Shown here piece by piece: positions 59,501 to 64,000 of a DNA stretch of 64,000 nt. Origin of the DNA: Laetmonice hystrix (taxonomy: Eukaryota). The stretch is taken from positions 17,422,001 through 17,486,000 of the forward strand of contig OZ249448.1 in assembly GCA_965235115.1 (NCBI GenBank), read 5' to 3'. Numbering within the stretch: the stretch's first letter is position 1; each line of letters opens with the position of its first letter. Under the pieces are notes generated by a model that was not told where the DNA came from, did no database searches, and worked only from the letters and a program-made list of their open reading frames with translations. A program made the position numbers and the translations under genes.

Positions 59501-62500
59501 ACTCAGCCATGCTCTGTACCTGAGAGTCGACACACACACAGCCAATATACAGGTGAAATGATCTGAGAGTATCGATACCTTTGGTGTCTGTAAGTGGCAA
59601 TTAAATAGTGTTAGGATCTCAAAGATATATTCCTCGAAACTTCTTTTTTTCATTTATGGTTCATGTTATAATTTTTAAGATGTGACAGTGAAATCAGAAC
59701 TTGAAATGTATTTCTGTAGTCAATATTTGTTGGTTAGGGGTGAGGAAGTTCTAAGACAGAATTGGAGAAAACCGTATTATTATTATTTATTATTTATTAT
59801 TATTTATTATTTATGAAGTTCACATGGAATTGAGGTATCTGTTGTTTTATCAAGGTGGCAAGATTGACAGTTGAGAAACCTCATATATTGATAACTGAAG
59901 GTAAGGTTTATTACTGGTATGTATGGTACTAAACTTACAGCTTTTCCTTCACTCAGATCTTACAAATGATGATCAAATATGATCAGAAGTTTGATTCCAT
60001 ATTAAATGTCATCTTTCATACAGCATGACCTACTGAAAATGGGATACGGTACTAGACCTTTGACTTTTATCTGTTTCTTGGCATGTTCTTATGACATTTG
60101 CTCAAGGTTGAAATCTCTAGACGTTGGTTGAAAAACATATTTTTCTGCTTTAATAAATAGGTCTAGTGAACCAGTTACAGCAAAGACAGCAAAGTGGCTC
60201 AGGACAATTTACATGTGAGTTGTCAGCTTGTATTCTGAAATAAATTGTCAGTACTTATTATCAAAGTGATTGTTGAAGAGTACCACTAGTCACTCTCCTG
60301 TCCAGTAGTATATTGACATTGAAATAAATCTTTCGTCTTTCAGCAGATAACCAAAGTACCTTGGTGTTAGGTCCTTCATGGTCTCCTGGACAGAATTTGG
60401 ATTCCTTTAGTCAGTATATACCTGAGGTATGTATACACTAGTTTTTGTTTATGTTATTTTGTCTAGATATTAGTAAAGATTTCATTGCATGTCGCATTGG
60501 TCCAGCATTTGATTAAAATGAATACTTTGCCCCTTTGTTGCCATTTCATAGTTTTGCATTATATCAGGTACAGAAAAGTATGAGTCGACCTGAACCTAGT
60601 TTCTGGAGTAGAAAACTTTCAAAGCTAAATCGTATGGTGAGAGTAAAAAAAGGGTTCATCATTTGTAATGATAACATTGGAAATTAATGTATTGACAGAA
60701 CTGTTCATTAAACAATTAAAAGAAACTGATCAAATTGTTTTTTGACAGGAGGTGTATGTGCAGTTAGAAGACAGCGAAGTTACCCTATTAAAAGAATCAT
60801 CTCAGAGGTAAGTTACACATACAGCAGATAAAGTTAGCTTCATCAAAGTACAAATTCCACACATTGTAAAATGATGCATTTTATTTTAGGAGACTTGCTG
60901 TGAATCTTCGAGATGTGTTGGTACACTTCAAGAAGCCTCCATCAGAAGGGGCTATGGCACAACCTATGGTGCTGTTAACTGTTAAAGGTATGTTATGTGT
61001 ATTGTACCGTAGTATGAGAGCATTTGTGGATCTCCATATATGGAGACTTGTGAAACATGGATCTGTGATGGGCCAAGTAGTGGCCATGTTGTGTCTGGTA
61101 AGTTTCTTTCAAATCAAAAACTTGCTTTATTCTCAGTCTACCCTTTTGTGTAATATTTCTTTTTTTACTAGATGCTATCGCTGGTTCTTCCCAAGTTAAA
61201 GTGGCCTGTTTGACAGAACTGAAGACGACCGTGAAGGTTGGTCCTATCATTATCATATTGAATCAGACATTTCTTTTAGAGAGAAACCTGTGAGAGGAAG
61301 ATTGAGCCAGGTTTGGTAATTCATGGGCCATTATTGTTATTATGTTTTGGTCCCAGTCGTACTGACCCAGTATTTTATAAAAGGGAATCTTCATAGTCTT
61401 GTTTTTGGAAATGATTTGCTTACTTTTTGGTACAGGTAGATGATTCCTCCATGACCATAACATCAAAGATTCAGGGTGGCTTCCTTGGTTACCATCATGA
61501 AGAGCTTCAGTACTGGTTGACTGTGGTTTCTGGTTCGAGGAGACTGACGCCATCCCAGGCGGGCAAGGGTCCGGACTTCGTTAGATCTGAACGAAAGTAA
61601 GTCAGAAATGACGTTACTAGGTATATGTCTGTCTGATCCAGATTAACCAGCCACAAAAAAAGGAAAGGAAATTGAGAATCGCCGTATAGAAGTTAAGAGC
61701 CATTTAGATACATAAGAGTTTACAATTCCTATTAAGGAGTGGTTATTTTTTAGTGTGATTGTAGATATTGTGGGACAGCGCCTTGTGACAGTAATTGTGG
61801 AGATAGAACAGGGAACATTAAGTATTGCCACGGCAACCTGTGCAGGCCTCAAAGGGGGAGTAGATGAAGCCAAGCTCACCTTTTCATTCAGTGTTAACCA
61901 CAGAGGTGAGTATATACTCAGGCAACACATTGTCTGTACGAGTATTTTAATTGTTTAGTATTTTATTGTATTCAAAATTATATACTAAGATAATTTCTCA
62001 TGTTGCTCGTAGTAAGTATTTGCCATTAAAGACAATTTTGTTGAATCATTACATTGTTTGGAGTGTGATATGAAAAGCTTATTGAGATCCCTTCATCCTG
62101 AGCAGAGAGTACCGACATCAGGGGAGAGGCAGAAGTCATGGGTCTCTACTGGCTGATAGACGGCGCCACCAGTCCTGAAAACTTCACCAGCAAACAGCAC
62201 CACTGGGGCAATGTTCTCTACCTGGGTATTCTCATAGCCAAGGTACTGCTGGCTGCGTGGCCGCCATGCCAGTTAGAGAAACATTGTACACAAATGTATT
62301 TTCTACTGCATCTGTCATTGGAAGGACCAGATATCAGAAATAAAGGCTGTTATACATGTTAATTATATAGTCAGAAGTGAAAAGGGATGGCTGGAATATT
62401 TCAAGGTCATGTTTTCAAATCTATCTTAAAAAAAGGGAGATGTTGTTTAGATAGAAAAGATGCTTCCAACACTTTTTAGGTTAGATAATCGTAATAGTCA

Positions 62501-64000
62501 GAGAATGGCAGCATTTTGATATCTATTTTTGTTCACCCAGATTCGACGTTTGTCCGACGATGTAATAATAGAAAGTATGCTGGACAGTGTCCAAGTGGAG
62601 TGGTCATCTTCCTTCGCTGGGATCGTCTCACAGTTTCTCCATGCTGTCACTAGAGGGCACTGCCTGGCTCTCCGAGATCCAATGACAACCACGGGACAAA
62701 ATAATGACATCTTATCAAAGCTAAATGTTTCAAGGATCAATATACAGTGTTCCAGTATAAATGCCTATGTCTGCAGTGACTACAATGGTAAGTGTAGGCA
62801 TGGGATTTCATTCCTTTCATGGTAATTGTTCCAAGTCATGCATGAGGTCTTCATAGTAAAGGTTTATCATTCAGTACTGTGTTTTCAGAGAATGTACAAT
62901 AATTGCTCTACATTCTATATCAATACTCAGTTGGGACCATGGTTAGGGTTGATTCCCTCGTTTGCCACCAGAGGTCAGGCGAGTTGACGTTTAAGTGCGT
63001 GGGAACTAAAATGGTCTATTTTCAACAATCTGATCAAGTAAGCATGCATTATCTTTCTCCACAAGTATATATTGTCAGTGATTTTGCAAATGATGTTACA
63101 CGTTTGGTGCCTTAAAGTGTGTAAAAAAGTGATGGATGAATTTCTCCATGCAAGAGAGTCGAGAGGAGCTGATGTAGAAATATTATAAAGTGATATCCTC
63201 GCGGTGATTGTTAAGTGAGTGCAGTGCTGTATCAAGACAAGTAATAATTTTGATCTGCATTCAGAGTCAAGCTGTAGCTCGGTCACACGACATCCATGAC
63301 TACTGCGGCCACCTTGAACACCTTGCTGTCACCTACACAGTGTCAGCCAGAAAGGTAAGATTGTTGGCAGAGAGAGCAGACTGACTTCTCATATACATTG
63401 CCAACTGATCTGGCTCAGGTCATCACATCGCCGTAGTATTATATGGGGTGCTCTACTAATAACTAGGCACAGGTTTACAGAGCAGGAAGTAATACTGCAC
63501 TATTTCTTTTAGTAGTTGACCATCAAATAATTAGTACCTTTTGTCTTTAAATGTAAGGGATGAGCCCTGTATTAACTATTGTTGTTATGAGGTTAAACGA
63601 TCTATCGATTGATTGATTGATTGATTGACAGGTGTCGGTGGAGGTGTGTGAGGAGGTGTACCTGGTATGGACGACAACTCTCCACATGTGTCTGTTCATG
63701 GCTGTACAGGACGTCAGAGATCTCAGTCATAAACTCCAAGGTCAGGCACTGTAGGCTTACAGTCAGCATAGATCACTCAGAACACCTAAAAAATCCCAAA
63801 GGAACTGAGAATATTATTGTATTCTTGCTTTATAATAAATGGGAGTAGTGGATATTGTAAAAAGGTTCACATTCAATTGATTCATTAATCTTACCACTAT
63901 AGTTGAAACTTGAAACTTGGTATTATTGATATCTGACCCTGTTACTTTAACAGGTGTTGGTGAGGGGCGAGTGGTATGGATGAAGCCACTGGGAGTTGGA
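53482..64000 (+). CDS. BLTP2: Bridge-like lipid transfer protein 2 (KIAA0100/hobbit), N-terminal about 699 aa; gene continues beyond the window
   Basis: Exons: 53482-53540, 54727-54850, 55266-55315, 55653-55782, 59029-59147, 59393-59552, 59855-59900, 60161-60214, 60344-60426, 60749-60807, 60890-60987, 61172-61236, 61436-61596, 61754-61905, 62106-62242, 62541-62787, 62931-63037, 63265-63354, 63632-63740, 63954-end. GT-AG with consistent phases. Collinear with human KIAA0100 as recalled: N-terminal TM helix, DLHIGKIGFF (~ELKIGSFRFF), EVERLWLSS (~EIDNLWISS), VACLTELKTTVK..YHHEELQYWL (~VCLNSLKASVQ..YRHQEFSHWL), HHWGNVLYL (~HVWGEALVL). Confidence 0.9.
54727..54850 (+). CDS. BLTP2: BLTP2 coding exon 2
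   Basis: CLAWLVCWIVKHTLKVDLHIGKIGFFTLGHVCLTLRNGFSV. Confidence 0.9.
55266..55315 (+). CDS. BLTP2: BLTP2 coding exon 3
   Basis: EVERLWLSSSFINSDIR. Confidence 0.88.
55653..55782 (+). CDS. BLTP2: BLTP2 coding exon 4
   Basis: KPLAICVNDVRVQLDL...FSYVQ. Confidence 0.88.
58440..58680 (+). mobile_element. Highly degenerate LINE (CR1/L2-like) reverse-transcriptase remnant in BLTP2 intron 4
   Basis: Broken-frame peptides SDRQSV, SGIPQTIL and LLYMYVGDI resemble the LINE RT motifs LSxRxQxV, SGVPQGSILGP and LLFxxYxNDI, in the right order; many stops and frameshifts. Confidence 0.3.
59029..59147 (+). CDS. BLTP2: BLTP2 coding exon 5
   Basis: FIGLVLDNVHIILVRGLLPGCMTHLTVQEVVVDWTIDYTR. Confidence 0.87.
59393..59552 (+). 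CDS. BLTP2: BLTP2 coding exon 6
   Basis: DDTCLDLLLQVKNFSTRVF...PCIAEVTLSHALYLRVD. Confidence 0.87.
59775..59814. repeat. AT-rich (TTA/TTTA)n microsatellite
   Basis: gtattattattatttattatttattattatttattatttat. Confidence 0.8.
59855..59900 (+). CDS. BLTP2: BLTP2 coding exon 7
   Basis: VARLTVEKPHILITE; AAG/GTAAGG. Confidence 0.8.
60161..60214 (+). CDS. BLTP2: BLTP2 coding exon 8
   Basis: GLVNQLQQRQQSGSGQFT; TAG/GTGAGT. Confidence 0.78.
60344..60426 (+). CDS. BLTP2: BLTP2 coding exon 9 (CAGCAG tandem acceptor)
   Basis: SDNQSTLVLGPSWSPGQNLDSFSQYIPE. Confidence 0.8.
60749..60807 (+). CDS. BLTP2: BLTP2 coding exon 10
   Basis: EVYVQLEDSEVTLLKESSQR. Confidence 0.87.
60890..60987 (+). CDS. BLTP2: BLTP2 coding exon 11
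   Basis: RLAVNLRDVLVHFKKPPSEGAMAQPMVLLTVK. Confidence 0.85.
61172..61236 (+). CDS. BLTP2: BLTP2 coding exon 12
   Basis: DAIAGSSQVKVACLTELKTTVK. Confidence 0.87.
61436..61596 (+). CDS. BLTP2: BLTP2 coding exon 13
   Basis: VDDSSMTITSKIQGGFLGYHHEELQYWLTVV. Confidence 0.88.
61754..61905 (+). CDS. BLTP2: BLTP2 coding exon 14
   Basis: VIVDIVGQRLVTVIVEIEQGTLSI...LTFSFSVNHR. Confidence 0.85.
62106..62242 (+). CDS. BLTP2: BLTP2 coding exon 15
   Basis: ...GLYWLIDGATSPENFTSKQHHWGNVLYLGILIAK. Confidence 0.87.
62541..62787 (+). CDS. BLTP2: BLTP2 coding exon 16
   Basis: IRRLSDDVIIESMLDSVQVEWSSSFAGIVSQFL...INAYVCSDYN. Confidence 0.88.
62931..63037 (+). CDS. BLTP2: BLTP2 coding exon 17
   Basis: VGTMVRVDSLVCHQRSGELTFKCVGTKMVYFQQSDQ. 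Confidence 0.83.
63265..63354 (+). CDS. BLTP2: BLTP2 coding exon 18
   Basis: SQAVARSHDIHDYCGHLEHLAVTYTVSARK. Confidence 0.83.
63607..63626 (+). repeat. (GATT)5 microsatellite abutting a BLTP2 splice acceptor
   Basis: gattgattgattgattgatt followed by gacag|GTG. Confidence 0.9.
63632..63740 (+). CDS. BLTP2: BLTP2 coding exon 19
   Basis: VSVEVCEEVYLVWTTTLHMCLFMAVQDVRDLSHKLQ. Confidence 0.85.
63954..64000 (+). CDS. BLTP2: BLTP2 coding exon 20 (partial, cut by window end)
   Basis: Acceptor TTTAACAG, then GVGEGRVVWMKPLGVG in the expected phase. Confidence 0.7.

Noticed and set aside
9160-64000. Search for U12-type or GC-AG introns in MED13 and BLTP2
   Set aside because: All donors read are GT with U2-type context; none matches GTATCCT/ATATCCT

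Overview
Eukaryotic (metazoan) genomic DNA with GT-AG spliceosomal introns. It is probably an invertebrate deuterostome such as an echinoderm; this is an inference from gene content and repeat style, not a database result. Three protein-coding genes are supported. (1) A single-exon haloalkane dehalogenase / Renilla-luciferase-like alpha/beta hydrolase on the minus strand (2809-3816), with an intact catalytic pentad and an N-terminal extension. (2) A complete 28-exon MED13 (Mediator kinase-module subunit, about 2074 aa) on the minus strand (9160-53203). (3) The first 20 coding exons (about 699 aa, truncated by the window end) of BLTP2/KIAA0100/hobbit on the plus strand from 53482, head-to-head with MED13 with only 278 bp between the start codons. 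All exon boundaries were read by hand and splice phases are consistent throughout both genes. Non-coding DNA holds several MITE-like elements, a foldback element, minisatellites, G-quadruplex motifs and degenerate LINE remnants. No rRNA, tRNA, CRISPR array or intact transposase was seen. The best leads are the luciferase-like dehalogenase with possible mitochondrial targeting and an upstream exon, and the MED13/BLTP2 shared promoter with uORFs and a possible splice switch that removes the BLTP2 membrane anchor. I did not find evidence of a multi-gene novel system.
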